DNA of 62,891 nucleotides, the filler included, from Nemertoderma westbladi (lineage: Eukaryota; Animalia; Xenacoelomorpha), in assembly GCA_032718475.1 (NCBI GenBank). It is 5 parts of 5 records of this genome, joined end to end, with 100 filler letters (N's around TTAATTAATTAA, not from the genome) between each part and the next. Parts side by side here need not be neighbours in the genome. Positions count along the whole stretch, not along the records: positions 13,266 to 31,885 come from JAUCBJ010000518.1; positions 31,986 to 45,324 come from JAUCBJ010000813.1; 3 more parts are not named here. The stretch is one strand, 5' to 3'. Positions 25,327-39,214 of the stretch are shown here, piece after piece; the stretch's first letter is position 1, and each line of letters opens with the position of its first letter. The notes beneath the pieces are model-generated. The model saw only the letters and a list, made by a program, of their open reading frames with translations, made no database searches and was not told where the DNA came from. The translations under genes were made by a program, and so were the position numbers.

Positions 25327-28300
25327 TCCAAGGTTTTTCAATACCTCTTCTATCGTTTTAAACCAAGTTCGTGGAGCATCGCTCAAGCCATACGCTGGCT
25401 TTAATAATTTCCAATAAATGTGTTCTGTGAGTTCTGCTTCTTTGGGAGGTTTTATGAAAACATTTCTTTCAAACTCTTTACCTTACAGAAAGGCAGTTTT
25501 AACATCCAGTGAATAAGGATGAAATCGTAAAGTTGGGAGAAGTGGCAAAACAACTTTTAATGTGTCCCTACTAGCTGTAGGGGAATAAGTTTGTGCTTCA
25601 TTATCTTCCTCCTGAAACCCTCGTGCAACTAGACGGGCCTTCAATCGAGTTCCACCTGTTTGTAAAACCTTTTCAGTAAGAACCCATTTACATGTTATAG
25701 GAGGACAGGATACTTCACTTTCCACAACCTCTTCCATCACACCATTTGAAACCCAGGCTTGAATCTCATCAAGTTTAGCCGAATCATACTTTTGATCCAC
25801 TGTAGTGAAAACTTCATCAATACCATAACGTACATGTGGTTTACATTGTCGTTTTGGGCGTTCATTTTCTTCAACAAATACATGACTTGGTTTTCCATCA
25901 GTATCTGAATCTATTCTTCCCCCATTATTAGCTTTATATTCATTGCTATTCACAACCATGTGTCTAGTATTAGTATATAAGTTGCTCAATAGATCCTATT
26001 CAATATTATCACGATCTCTTAATTTCATATCATTAAATATTGAGTGTTTATTTTTTGTTCCAATATGGCTTGTTAAATTTCTCAGTCCTAGTGTGTTACT
26101 GCAAGAATTATCATCACTTACTACCACGTCACTTTCAATAGCAGTTCCTTCAGAACATCTTCGCAAATCCCGCATATGGACATTAACAATATATGCTCCA
26201 TGTCTTACAAAAACTACCGATCCATCCTGACCAATTACACGACCAGGTCCATGCCACCCTTTTTTAAGTTTTGATTTCTCATCCCTCCAATAATATACCA
26301 GTTCTTCAGATTGAAATGGTGCATCACTCTTAAAGGTACGATTTCTCAAAGCCCTTCTTACTTTATCGTCACACTCAGCTTCAATACATGCTTCCCGGGT
26401 TATATGTAATAACTCGAGGTGTTGACGAATACCTTCATAATAACTATCTTTATTATTCAGAGAAAGAGGATTACCTGAAGTTACATGTGGCAACCGTGGG
26501 TTACTCCCAAATACCCGTTGGTGAGGTGAAAATACATATGTATCAGTTAATGTATTCTTGGCTAATAATGCATAACTCAATAGTGCAGTCATTGATCCTA
26601 CTTCCCTCTCCTTGCTCACTTTATTCAAAATTGATTTTGGAACACCATTATTTCTCTCACATATTCCATTTGAGAATGGTGATTCTGCAGCTGATGTAAT
26701 AATAGTAATATCCCATTGTTCATAAAAGTTGAAAATCTCTGCTGCTTGAAATTCTCCACCATTATCAGAATATACAACCTTTGGTGGTCCGTAAATTGAC
26801 ATCCATGTATTTACAAAGTTCTCAATGATCTCCTTTGGATCTTTACTTTTTACAAATGAGGCTGCCGAAAAACGAGAGTATATATCAATAATATGTAAAA
26901 TAATAAAACCTTTATCACATACGGGATCAATCCATTTGGTTAAATCCATCGCAACTGTTTGATTAAATCGATCAGCTTTAGGAAGAGCAACTTTTGGTCT
27001 GGGTATATGTCGAGATTCAGCCAGGCAAATTTTACAAATTTTTGAAAAATCTCGTATAGCATTTATTAACAAAGGAATATTAATCCCACTTAGGGATGTC
27101 CCATTTTTAGCTGCATTGGAAACAGTAGAAACCAGCCTAACCTCACTTGGATGCCCAAGATTATTGTGCAATCTCTCAGCAATCTTCTTTGTGGTGATGT
27201 AAGAATCATTGATTGCACAATTGAATGCCTGATTATCAACTTTTTCCTCAGATGCTGCAATAGAAATATTCTTAGTATTGCCTTCATTATTAGTAAAGTC
27301 ATCACTGAAAGGCCATGACTCCAATAATGACAATATATAGTGACCTTTTTCAGACTGTGATAACTTGAATGACATTTGGTCTATAACACCGATTCCATTC
27401 CCAAAGTCTAAAACTAACCCTAGTTTTTGTAATGTTTTTCTGCTCAACAATAAAGGTGTATTACCTCTAACTATGTCTGTTTCCAGGTAGTACATTTTTC
27501 CAAATAAGGAAATTGGTAGTTTAACTGTAAATAAGCTAACTTTCACCCCATCATTACCGAAGCGGTAGAAATACCCCTTGCTACCAATATGAATAGGTTC
27601 CTTTCCTGTTTTTTCTTTCAAAATTTTACGAAAATTATCATAAAATTGTGTACCACAAACTGTACTGGTACATGCAGAATCATTAATTCAAAAACAATGT
27701 TTGGTCTCATATATTGGTACTCCATTTGTTTTTGTTTCAGCACATACTCCAGTAATAAATGAATCCCGAATTTCAGCAAACAGGTTCTCTTCTTTAGGGA
27801 TATTTTCATTCAAAATATTCATTCTATCACCTTGTCCAAACCTATCTGGTTCCCTTGCAGCAAGATATCCTCTACGAGCTGATCTGTTCATCAAAAATTT
27901 GCTTTTAGGACATTGAAAGGATTTATAAAGGTGAAATCGAGAGCCACATGAATAACATCTAATAATATCACCTGTTTGGATATCTCTTGAATTCAATTTT
28001 GGGGTTCTGTTAACACCTTGTCTAAAACTAGCCGAATAATTCTTAGTTTGGAAATTTCTATCACTATAAAATGGCGGATGTTTTTGAGCTCGTATATCCC
28101 AATTTGCAAATGCATGCTTTAATAGCTCATCTTTTTCATGCTCTTGTAGTTCAAGTGTATCAAACTCATCATTAATTTCCTCCGGACAACTGTAAAACCC
28201 ATCACTATTATTAGGGGTACATTGCTGAGGGATATTTGAAGCAGAGTCAGTTGCTTCTGCAGCTAATAAAACACTTTGGGCATTTGTTACTGAATTTTTA

Positions 28301-29002
28301 TCTACATCCATTCTACGCAAAGCTGTTTCAACATTGGATGGGAGTAAAACTTCTCCTTCTCTAACTTGACTTAAAGCTACAGATAGTAGCAACAATTTTT
28401 GTTCATTTTGTACACCGCAGTTATCTAGTAACATATATGCGAATGTAGTATCATCTAATTCAATTCCATAGCTGCTTGATTAGCAGGTGTCGTTTTTGTT
28501 CTTTTACACCAAAATTTTATAAGTTTTTTCCACTCACGGTAGTTTTCATTTTCCCCAAGTACACGGGGGCCAAATTCTTTAGCAACCGTAGCCATAATTA
28601 CATATACAGTACCGCTGTGTATACAAGATACCGGCACACAATATTCATTGTTGTACCAGTACCGACCATTACCGTATCATACAAATGATGTAGCAAATTA
28701 TATTGTACAGTAATTGAGGAGTCCACTTACAGACTTATGTATCTGTCCAGCGAATTAATTAATGATAAACATCCATAAATACGGAGCCCCTAAAGGGACT
28801 TCAGTTCAGCAATAATCCAATTACCGGTATATTATATAAGTTCAGTAACTATATCACTCACCAGTCAGCCAGATTGTAGTTCTGATATGAACCGATAGCG
28901 GATAGGCAGGCCCAGCCTGATGTCACAATACCTGAATACTGCAATCGGCAACCTCCCATTAACACATTACAGCATTAAATTAGTCTTAGTATTAGGTAAC
29001 CG

Positions 29003-29015
29003 CGCTCTGCTACCA
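29003..29015 (-). promoter_or_regulatory. Primer-binding site for initiator tRNA-Met
   Basis: TGGTAGCAGAGCG lies one base after the 5' LTR on the - strand and is complementary to the tRNA-iMet 3' end. Confidence 0.9.
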
Positions 29016-29016
29016 T

Positions 29017-29291
29017 TGTTAATCTTGATTCTTTCGTATTATTATTATAAGTTAAACACATTATTATATCTTTACAATTATAAATTATATGGTCAACACA
29101 TTATCTTAATTCATAGAACTATAACTTTAAAATCAACACATATAGACATAGGCCTAACCACTACAGCCTGTACTGATGTACACCTAATCCAGTAATCACT
29201 AACACTTTAATACAGCTTTTAAGACAACAACCCTCCACCGGTCACCACGCCTTCTTTCACCTATTTATACTGTATAATCTAAACTCTAACA
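29017..29291 (-). repeat. 5' LTR of the copia element
   Basis: Direct repeat of 22889-23169 with a few substitutions and indels. Confidence 0.93.
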
Positions 29292-31885
29292 GGGGGGGGG
29301 GGGGGGGGGGGGGGGACTGGCTTTCAATTTTTTTTTCTATTTCACCTAGAGCAGATATGAAATTTTTCACCAAATATGAAAACCGTTTGGCAAGATCTGT
29401 CTTACTTCTAGAGATCTGTTTGTTGTACTGTCGGTCTGTCCGTCAGTATGTCTCCAAAAGAATGGAATTCATACTAAATGTCATATACAGTCGGGGTCTC
29501 AAAGTGCATCTGTTCTTTGAGATTTTCTCAAAGTTTTTCTAAAAGTGTCTAAAATCATTACATTACTCCCAACGGCCGCTTTGAATTCTTGTAGACACTT
29601 TTAGTTGGGAATCTCAAAGTGATTTTCTGTTTTTAGGCACTTTTAATTCTTTGAATTCTTTGAGACATGTCGCTTTGAGTTAGTTTGCAGCACTTTGAAT
29701 TCTTTGAGAAAATAAACTCCGAGGTATTCCTGATTGACATGTCGTGGTAAGTTAACAGATGCAGAGCCATTCTCGGGGAACAATATCATGCTGGCAACAA
29801 AGTGATACTTGTGGGCCTGCCAGTTGTTGCCTAGAAGCTATTCCCATTAATTTATCATATTGAGGTTCCTGAGGTCATTACGGGATGGGTTTTAGGTCGC
29901 AAGTACAAATTGAATTTACGGCGCCCTAAAGTCTTTCTAAAAAACATTCTTAAAAATCAAATAATGCATGAAACATAATTAGTGTAACAAGATTAATGCT
30001 TGACAAGATTGATTATTTTAATAACATAATACAATATCAGATTAACAATTAATATAAGAAAAACTGCACTGTAGTTTCTCTGTGTATACGCAGTTTCATT
30101 ATGATGACCTAAAGAAGCTCTGTTGGGAGAGAGCTTGTAATAACTTTTGGCATTCATTTCATTAGTCACCTGAGTGAGGTCAAACCGTACTACCTTAACT
30201 GTTCAATTAATATGATAATTATGGTGACGAGAGCGCGAGAATTCCTTCTTAAAAACTAAGAAAGGCTTTCGACTTTCAATTAAGATAGAACGGCTACAAT
30301 CTTGTGTTGTTTTAGCCTAATAGAGATATTAAAATATCCCCTGCCCCTGGCGTTTATATTTGAGCACATTTTAAATATTTGCCTGATATTCAATTGATGT
30401 GTACCGCCTTCTGGCAAAGCGGCACCCAGTTTAAGCTATCAATCACAGCTAGCAAGTAGCGACCTACGGACGGTGACCTTCAAACAAACAGGTGCAGAGC
30501 CGGAAAGAACTGTCACAGGCTTTGCTTGGCTTGTGGTACCATTTGATTACATAATAGATTTTGGCAGACTGGGTGGTCGCTCTGACCATATGCATTGCGC
30601 ACCAACAATGCCTAAAACATCTATGGGAACAGCCAATTAGTGCGCTTGAATCATTTATCTTTATTCCTGCCTCTGTCGTTATTCTTTACTTTGTATAACA
30701 CAATTTACAGTGCGGCAAAGAATGGCTGGTTGACCATTGAAATACATTAGTAAAGGTATTAGGCGTTCACGTGGGCTAAACAAATTTAAACAGTACAGTT
30801 TTAGCACATACATTAATATAGATAGGGCAACAGACAAACTATCTATGACACAAATATCAACACATTCCGATAGCCCGCAATTATGGCGTCTCTAAAGAGT
30901 CAAAATATAAATTAATAAAATCCTCTATGAAACAATAAAAATACCTACAAAAAATACTGCTGTATTAAATATTAGTTACTGCCGAAACATATAACAATTA
31001 CTGCAGTAACAAATATTTATTACTGGAATAATCAATATTAATAATTTAATAAATAATTGAATAAAAATTTATACTGCAGTAACAAATTATTTGTTACTGC
31101 AGAAAAATACAATTTTTTATTACTGCAGTGATAATTAATTCTTACTTTCAGTAACAAATATTTATTACTGCAGTATTTTTTGGAGGCATCTTTATTGTTT
31201 CATAGAGGTTTTTATTACTTATATTTTACCCTTTAGTCAAAGTCAATATACACCATTCCATAGCCAGCTTCAGGCTGGACTGTATGAAATGACTGACAGT
31301 ACTACTTTGAAATCTTTGAGGACACTTTGTCATTTTCTTAGACCACTTTTAGAACTTTGAGACACTTTTAGTTCTTTGAGAAAATCTCAAAGAACAGATG
31401 CACTTTGAGACCCCGACTGTATATATATAATTTCCTATATGGGTTTTCTTGGCACGTGACTTCATTCCTGATATCAGTATTCAAATTTGGCGTCGTTGTT
31501 CCTGTCAGTCTGTCTGTCAAAATATAACTGACAGCCTACCAGCCAAATTGGAAGTCATCAAATGTTGAAAATGACACTCGAAATGGATTCTTCGACCAGA
31601 AAAACGCCTAGAGCTAAACATTTAGCTCGATGGTGTGCCCCTTTCTTTTATTTGACAGACATACTGTCGGAGAGTCTGTCGGAGGGTCAGAAACACCGAC
31701 AGACAGACAAACATACTAACTAGATTTCATTAAAAGTGAAAACTGACCTCAGAATTGAAATCAGCGACCAGGAAAACCTCCATAGCAATAGTGGTTTCCT
31801 CCATAGTGGATTCGTGTTGCTATATATATATTGACAGACATTCTCACATATAACTTTTTTTGCGCGGGAACTTTGTTTTCTGAAC
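29292..31885. mobile_element. Non-autonomous G-run-terminated element related to 37313-38199; host of the copia and of the 29488 MITE
   Basis: CTAGAGCAGA...TGAAAACCG...CTxGAG...CGGTCTGTCCGTCA and ACAGACAGAC...ACTAGATT...AAAACTGAC...GAAATCAG(C/T)GACC blocks are shared with 37370-37590. Confidence 0.55.
29488..31419. mobile_element. Non-autonomous Tc1/mariner-type element, ~1.9 kb, TA TSD
   Basis: About 46-bp perfect TIR CAGTCGGGGTCTCAAAGTGCATCTGTTCTTTGAGATTTTCTCAAAG, flanked by TA. Confidence 0.9.
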
Positions 31886-32113
31886 NNNNNNNNNNNNNNN
31901 NNNNNNNNNNNNNNNNNNNNNNNNNNNNNTTAATTAATTAANNNNNNNNNNNNNNNNNNNNNNNNNNNNNNNNNNNNNNNNNNNNTTACTAGCCTCAAAA
32001 AACTGCGTAAAGGCCGTCCGCGTAAGAAAGACTAACTGTTTAGAGTATTTTTATATTTTAGAAACTGTGATTTGTTATATTTTATAGACTTAAATCCCAT
32101 TTTCTGGGAGCGG

Positions 32114-33280
32114 TGTAAAAGCTTTTGCGTAATTAACCGGTTATTTTCCCTTAAAGTACTCTGTAGTTGGTTTGCCAGGCATAAAAAGGCCGTGTCCTTG
32201 CTGTACTGGTGTTTTAGAGGACATAAAAGTCATTTCTTCTGTATTTGTACTTTAGAGGACATAATCCGCAATCTCGTGACGCGATAAGCTAGATACTCTT
32301 GAAAACAGTGTCTCTACCATGACGACGGCTAACAGCTGATATTGCCACGTCGACATTTCTTTGTTTCTTTGTTCTCTCGTTGTTCGGTTGACCAATCAGA
32401 GCGTTTTTTGACTCTGTGTTGGAGTTGGATACAGAAACTCAGTAGTTCAGTGTTATGTTTTTGCCCAGAGCCTAAGAACACCGGCTTTTGGCACCTCCGT
32501 GTTTCAGTCTTTAGCTTAACATTAGTAGGCTTAATTATAGAACGTATATCTGTTAACAAACCAATTCAATGCAATTTATATCTGTTATCTTACTCAACAA
32601 ACCGAATCATACCTTAACTTTACTGCTTTTACTGTCGGTTATTCATTATATTGGTTGATGAAATATTATATCGGAATACTGATCAATAGTCAGATACCCC
32701 ACCTTCTTGATATACTAAAGGTTAGAGAGACCGGTTACAAATAAACGATTGCGACCTATGTTAAGTGGTTTGAAGTGAATCTAATGCTATTTCATATGCC
32801 CGACATAAATTGTATGTTGCTCTCTTTATACTTGACCAAATTTAGTGAAGGTCGGCAGATTAGTGTGCAGTATTGTGCAGCATTGTGTATGATTGTAACT
32901 GATAACAAAGCATCTCCTAAAGAATGCGCCATATACGTAAATCTATAGCCTTTTCGTTGTGTCTAGTTTAAGTCATAACTCTGTTTACATATTTAGAGCG
33001 CCACGTCCTAAAGGAACTGTTAATATTTCCCGAAAGTGAATAATATTTGTCAGAGATTATATATTACGATCAGTCGAATAATACGGTAGGCTTACACCAT
33101 CAATCATTAAGCTTCCGAATTCCGTCTCCCGGGTATATCCAGCGGGTGAATGATTGCGCATAGACTGACTTCGGCTAATGTAGTGTATCAAATACTCGTC
33201 ATAGGCTAAAGACTATATATCATCCAAAAGACATCCTAATTTGGCAGGTTAAACTGTCAAAGGTCTTAAAAGCGCAAACA
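32114..33280 (+). mobile_element. 3' LTR (~1.17 kb) of an LTR retrotransposon whose body is lost in the gap
   Basis: TGTAAAAGC...GCGCAAACA, preceded by purine tract GGGAGCGG and an ORF end KGRPRKKD*. Diverged reverse complement of 48927-50082. Confidence 0.75.
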
Positions 33281-33535
33281 AGTAGGTAGGTATTAAGTGC
33301 TCCTTCAGACAAGTCTTAAGGAACCTAATCTGTAATTGTGCGCGCGTTATCGCTTCCTTCCTCACGAACATGCGCCGAATGCCCAACTGTGCCCATTTAA
33401 TTAATTTAAAGTTTATTACAAAACGGCATCCAGCTTCCAGGGGGTTCAAATCAAATAACAACAGTTTCAACTACTCTCCCATCTCCAACTTCGGGTCGAT
33501 TCCCCCAACATATAAAATTGATATTTTTAAAAAAC

Positions 33536-33574
33536 TACCAACGTTTCATTGCCACTAGGGCCATCATCAGGGTA
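33536..33574 (-). ncRNA. Minimal type I hammerhead ribozyme, copy 1
   Basis: TACC-CTGATGA-TGGCCCTAGTGGCAAT-GAAA-CGTT-GGTA: intact core, stem I TACC/GGTA, loopless palindromic stem III, weak stem II. Confidence 0.7.
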
Positions 33575-34286
33575 CTACTTATAACGCACGACATAATACA
33601 ATAGTAGAAACTATAACTATAAATTATAATTTAATTCATATATTCACTATAGTAAGCACAGTACAAAAGTGTACGCCTACCTACGGTACAGTAAGCAGCC
33701 TAAATCATGCCGGGTAATGCAATATTATCTCCAATTAATACCCAGTTGTTTGCGGGGTATGCAGAATGTACAGTACAGTCAGGGATATAATACGAGCTGA
33801 TGTCCCAGCTGTAGGCCAGTAATAGCTGGCATCTCTTTGGACTAACCGGCCCCCAAAATAATAAACGTATTGTATACAGTACAAATAAACATAGTGAAAT
33901 TACTACATTGTGAAAATTTTTCTAGAATTAATCCACTATCACACATTTTAAACATAATACATCAAAATTAATACAATGATATAGATTTCTAAATATAAGT
34001 ATCACGTTGAATATTAGTATAGTAATGTAAATACTAAACATATAAATGCGATTTTAAACATAATACATCAAAATTAATACAATGATATAGATTTCTAAAT
34101 TTAAGTATCACGTTGAATATTGTAAATACTAAACATATAAATGCGCAAAATTATAAAACATATTACAAAAAAAAGAAGAAAACCAAAAAAAAAGAAACCG
34201 TAAAGGTGATATCAAGGCTAACAAATAAGTAACTTCGATCTTACCCCCCCCCCCCCCCCCTTACGTTCAATAACCCCATTCCTTTT

Positions 34287-37200
34287 CTAAGTAGTGGGTC
34301 TGATTCCATTCAAGGTCGGTTTGAAATCAGCAATATAGTTAGCTTCCGCGTGGATCCGCTCATTGTTAGAGCGGCACTGCCTAAACGCGGCTACCCTCAA
34401 TTTGTCAAAGTGACATTGTAAGAAATGTTCCAAAATAAGCCTTTCCCCGCTGCCCAACAGGTCGAAAGTTGGGTCAGTTCGCGATCTATTAATTGCTGAC
34501 CTGTGACCATTCATTCGTTCACTCAGTAACTGCTCCGTCTGGCCTATATAAAATTTATTAAAGTGGTCACAGCACCAAATTACATACAAGACGTTCTTAG
34601 AGATACAGCTAAAGGACCCCACAATCCACTCTCCCCATTGTGTAGTTCTCAAATCCTCGATAGAATCACAAGTCTTACACCGGTCCCGTTCACACCTCCT
34701 GTTGCCTGTCCAGGTCGGTGGTTCACGCTTCCTTATCAACAGGTGTCCGATATTCGGTGATGATTTAGCTATCACCGTGGTGTCTACGCCCAAAATCCGT
34801 AAGTCATCCATGAAAGCCTTTAAAACCTTACCCAACCGGTCTTTATAAAGCTTCGGTACCACTAATGGTATCATGTTAACAGGCTCGTTAATTCTTCACC
34901 CCTTCAAACCTCTCGAGTACAGACAATCATCCCTAAACGCTTCCAGTGAATCTATCGGGTAACCCGAAATATAACAGTCTGTAAGATACCGATCACGGGC
35001 CGCCACGTAGTTCTCCAAACTACTTGAGAGGCGGGCGAAACGTAACAGTTGGCCCTTGACTACGCCGTCCAGGGTAGTCCCCGTATGGTCGCTCATGTAA
35101 GGAATGGGAAGTTTGTTAGAGAGTGGTTTGAAATATACACTGGTCTCCAACTTCCTTGATTCCACATCATGCGTAATGTTTAAATCGAGAAACACTGAAC
35201 TGGAACTCGAAAACTCGAAAGTAAACTGTATCTCGCTGGAACCGAATAACTCCATCGAAGCGTTGTTATAAGTCGACATAATTTCTTCCATCTTCTGCTT
35301 GGTAAGTCTCCCCTTAAAAATAGACTGACCGTCATCCACGAAAGACTTAAAATAAACCGCGCTGAAAATCGCTATCAGATCCACGTGCTTATGTAGCCTG
35401 TTGACCGTCAACACAGCCGTCGATTTTCCACTAACGCCCCCCATCGCTAATCCCTTAATTAGAATGTAAAACGCCTTCTTATAAGCAAAATAATTATGTT
35501 CTAGAACGTATCCTAGGAGTATTATCAGCTGGGCAATGGTTAAACCCGATGCTTCCACAATGTCTTCATTCTCTACCAGAACCTGTTCCATAGCAGCCAG
35601 TGCTATATGGTGTGGTATACAGGGATACATATCAGTAACATCTAAAGTCATGAACGTCACTTCATCGAAAGTATTGCTTGGTAACAGTTCTCTCGCCTCC
35701 CTAGAGTCCTTAATGTAATGATCCATCCTACAACAAATGGATTGAAACACAAGAATTGAGTAACTTACCCGCTGGCTCAATGATAGTCCCCCCCGAAGAT
35801 ATTATTAAACGCGCTTTCGGTAGCTTCCTGGTTCCAGCGGCGTTCATGAGCCAAGTAGCTTCATCCTTATGATCCTTATAGAGTTGATAAGGGTACCCTA
35901 CATCCGGGTTCTTCGGCACCAAATATTTCTTCAGCTTCTCGTCCTCCAACCCCAAATTATCCACGATAATCTTCAAATCTGTTAAAAACGCCTTAGTGGG
36001 ATCCGAAGCGGTAACTTTGTACGACGCGGTATCTCCCAAAATCCTCTTCATTTCATTATCTTTGTCTACCGTGTCCAGTAAAATCAAATTACCTGTCTTA
36101 TCACCCCTTACCACCGATAGGTTGGGGTTACGCTTCAATTGTTTAATCACATTAGATTGCTTGTAGTTTAAATTCGGTGAAACCTTTTGTTCCGGATGAC
36201 TTCCTGAAACCTTACTTACCTCTCTGTGTAAGGTTGCGACTAATGCTTCCATTGCCTCATCCTGACATTTAGAAGCGACCCATCTGTGCTTATGAGGGAT
36301 GACAAACTTCCTAAACAGTAACCTTCTTCCTGACGTTAAAATCCGGAACGGTCCTACTGATCGGTACTCGCCTGCTGGTGGCGGGTCTACTAAACCTCAC
36401 CGGGGAGTCCTCTTCCTGTGTCGGTAACCCATCCCCTTCCCCCTCACCCTGAGAAAAACTGGGATCGCCTCGAATCGGTGTACTCGAACGTTGAAAGAGT
36501 TTACGCTTTGCAGTAGGCCTCACCCCACCCACGTCGTGTGTGATAACCGTTACATTCGCGTCGTCGTAATCCCCTGGGGACCACAGGGCGAATTCTGGGT
36601 CCCGTTCCGGTAGGAACCACCCCTGGTCCTCCGGGGTCGCAAAGGAAACCTCTGCCAAACTCCCGTCGCTATCCCCGCCATTTCCGTCGTCCACGTGGAT
36701 CACTGTATCTGCTTCCCGTTGCTCCTTCCTCTTCACTGCGTTCCTGATCCTCGAAGCGAACATCGATATGCCCGTGTTCGCCTCCATCATACAGCTTCTC
36801 TTGCTAGTTGTCCTTGGGATAAAATTTAAACCTAAAGCCAGAACGTCTCGTTGAGGTTTTGTCATCGCCGTGCCCGATAGGTTAACTACGTTCCAAATGG
36901 GTCCGCTCGAACTTTCAGCTCCCCTTCCCCCACATAACGGGCGGTACTGCAGTCGAGTTGGTACCAACCAATGAGGGTTTAATTTATTAACCTGCCGCAT
37001 CTCCTCAAACTTCCTCAATCTAAGTAATTTCCCACTTAAAATCCGTGTTCGTACTGTAAACTCCCTTCCGCATATCCTTCCTAAACAATATTTAATAAAC
37101 TTGGTTAAAGTCTCGGCTCGGGTCCTAGAAACGACCGTCGAGAAACACGTTGCGATGTAATCCATAATCCTTCTGTGTGTATGATGCCATTCACGTTGGT

Positions 37201-38392
37201 AATAACGTAATCTAACATACAACTCACATATATCGATCCGTATAGCTTTGGAAATAAACGTGTCCACTAACCTTCTATATTTAACTACATTATGATCGTA
37301 AAAGCTCCTTAAGGGGGGGGGGGGGGGGGGGGGTATACCCCCCCTCAGGTAAAATTTTCAAATTATTGTTTCTTTATCTCATCTAGAGCAGAATTTAATG
37401 AGGATTACAAATCTGAAAACCGCTTAGTGAGACCTCTTTCAGTTCTCGAGTTATTACTGTTTTTCCGTACGACGGTCTGTCCGTCAAATTGTAAGAAAGA
37501 CAGAAGACCGACAGACAGACAGATAGACTAGATTCCACTAAAAATTAAAACTGACATCGGAAATGAAATCAGTGACCCCGAAAACCCCAGAAATGAACAT
37601 TTTAGCTCGTTGGTGTGCATCATTCGTGCCAGAAATAATTAACCAACCAGAACACAGACAGCCAATTTTGGCGGGACGGTTTAAACTTTGAAGGGCATTT
37701 TCTCGGAATGTCATTTTTCATTTTCAAATTACTACTCCTCCGTCATTTTTCAACCAATTTTCTTCGTTTTTGGCTCATTCGAACGAGCTTTGGAAGCTCT
37801 TTAAAAGTTATCTTATGGAATTTTGATAAATATTACCATTTTTTCTAATTAGCCATTTTTAATTAAAAATATGATAATTAATTATTTAAATTAATTAATT
37901 AAAATAAAATTGGCTAATTAAAAATTCTATAAGATAACTTTTGTAGAGTCAATCACGCTGAGTCCAAAAAAGTTGGTTTCAAGAAATTTGGACCAAAATT
38001 GAGGGACTAGTAGCAATTTTAGTGAAATCTTTAATTCCGCCGCCAGCCGCTAGGGGGAGGCTACAAATTTTCAAATTTTACTATAAATGCTATTTGGCCT
38101 TCCATACAGTGGTTGACCATGACAAAATAGCAATATTATCATTTAACACTAATTGACAGCCATTTTAAAAAAAGGTTCATGGGGGGGTATACCCCCCCCT
38201 TAAGTAGGTAGGTATTAAGTGCTCCTTCAGACAAGTCTTAAGGAACCTAATCTGTAATTGTGCGCGCGTTATCGCTTCCTTCCTCACGAACATGCGCCGA
38301 ATGCCCAACTGTGCCCATTTAATTAATTTAAAGTTTATTACAAAACGGCATCCAGCTTCCAGGGGGTTCATGTCAAATAACAACAGTTTCAA
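34287..38392 (-). pseudogene. Penelope ORF copy with frameshifts, internal UGA and a TTAA insertion
   Basis: Fragments 38177-38392, 36311-37267, 35728-36252, 34896-35780 and 34287-34874 match the 1073-aa ORF. Confidence 0.9.
37313..38199. mobile_element. Kolobok-like non-autonomous DNA transposon (TTAA TSD, GG...CC ends)
   Basis: TTAA at 37309-37312 and 38200-38203. Both ends carry the palindrome GGGGGGGTATACCCCCCC. The empty site CTCCTTAAGTAGG is at 42240-42252. Confidence 0.8.
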
Positions 38393-38457
38393 CTACTCTC
38401 CCATCTCCAACTTCGGGTCGATTCCCCCAACATATAAAATTGATATTTTTAAAAAAC

Positions 38458-38496
38458 TACCAACGTTTCATTGCCACTAGGGCCATCATCAGGGTA
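38458..38496 (-). ncRNA. Minimal type I hammerhead ribozyme, copy 2
   Basis: Identical to 33536-33574. Confidence 0.7.
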
Positions 38497-39214
38497 CTAC
38501 TTATAACGCACGACATAATACAATAGTAGAAACTATAACTATAAATTATAATTTAATTCATATATTCACTATAGTAAGCACAGTACAAAAGTGTACGCCT
38601 ACCTACGGTACAGTAAGCAGCCTAAATCATGCCGGGTAATGCAATATTAATCTCCAATTAATACCCAGTTGTTTGCGGGGTATGCAGAATGTACAGTACA
38701 GTCAGGGATATAATACGAGCTGATGTCCCAGCTGTAGGCCAGTAATAGCTGGCATCTCTTTGGACTAACCGGCCCCCAAAATAATAAACGTATTGCATAC
38801 AGTACAAATAAACATAGTGAAATTACTACATTGTGAAAATTTTTCTAGAATTAATCCACTATCACACATTTTAAACATAATACATCAAAATTAATACAAT
38901 GATATAGATTTCTAAATATAAGTATCACGTTGAATATTAGTATAGTAATGTAAATACTAAACATATAAATGCGATTTTAAACATAATACATCAAAATTAA
39001 TACAATGATATAGATTTCTAAATTTAAGTATCACGTTGAATATTGTAAATACTAAACATATAAATGCGCAAAATTATAAAACATATTACAAAAAAAAAGA
39101 AGAAAACCAAAAAAAAGAAACCGTAAAGGTGATATCAAGGCTAACAAATAAGTAACTTCGATCTTACCCCCCCCCCCCCCCCCCCCCCTTACGTTCAATA
39201 ACCCCATTCCTTTT

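Larger units (their letters stand above)
22889..29291 (-). mobile_element. Ty1/copia LTR retrotransposon, GalEa-like, full length but inactivated
   Basis: Order on the - strand is gag (CYSCGSRFH), protease (DSACTSTVCG), integrase (HxxxGH, CKIC, SDNGGEF), RT (KARLVARGFQE, DVKTAFL, HVDD), RNase H (RVVRSTFAGE, LADVLTK). Has TG...CA LTRs and is flanked by poly-G on both sides. Confidence 0.93.
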
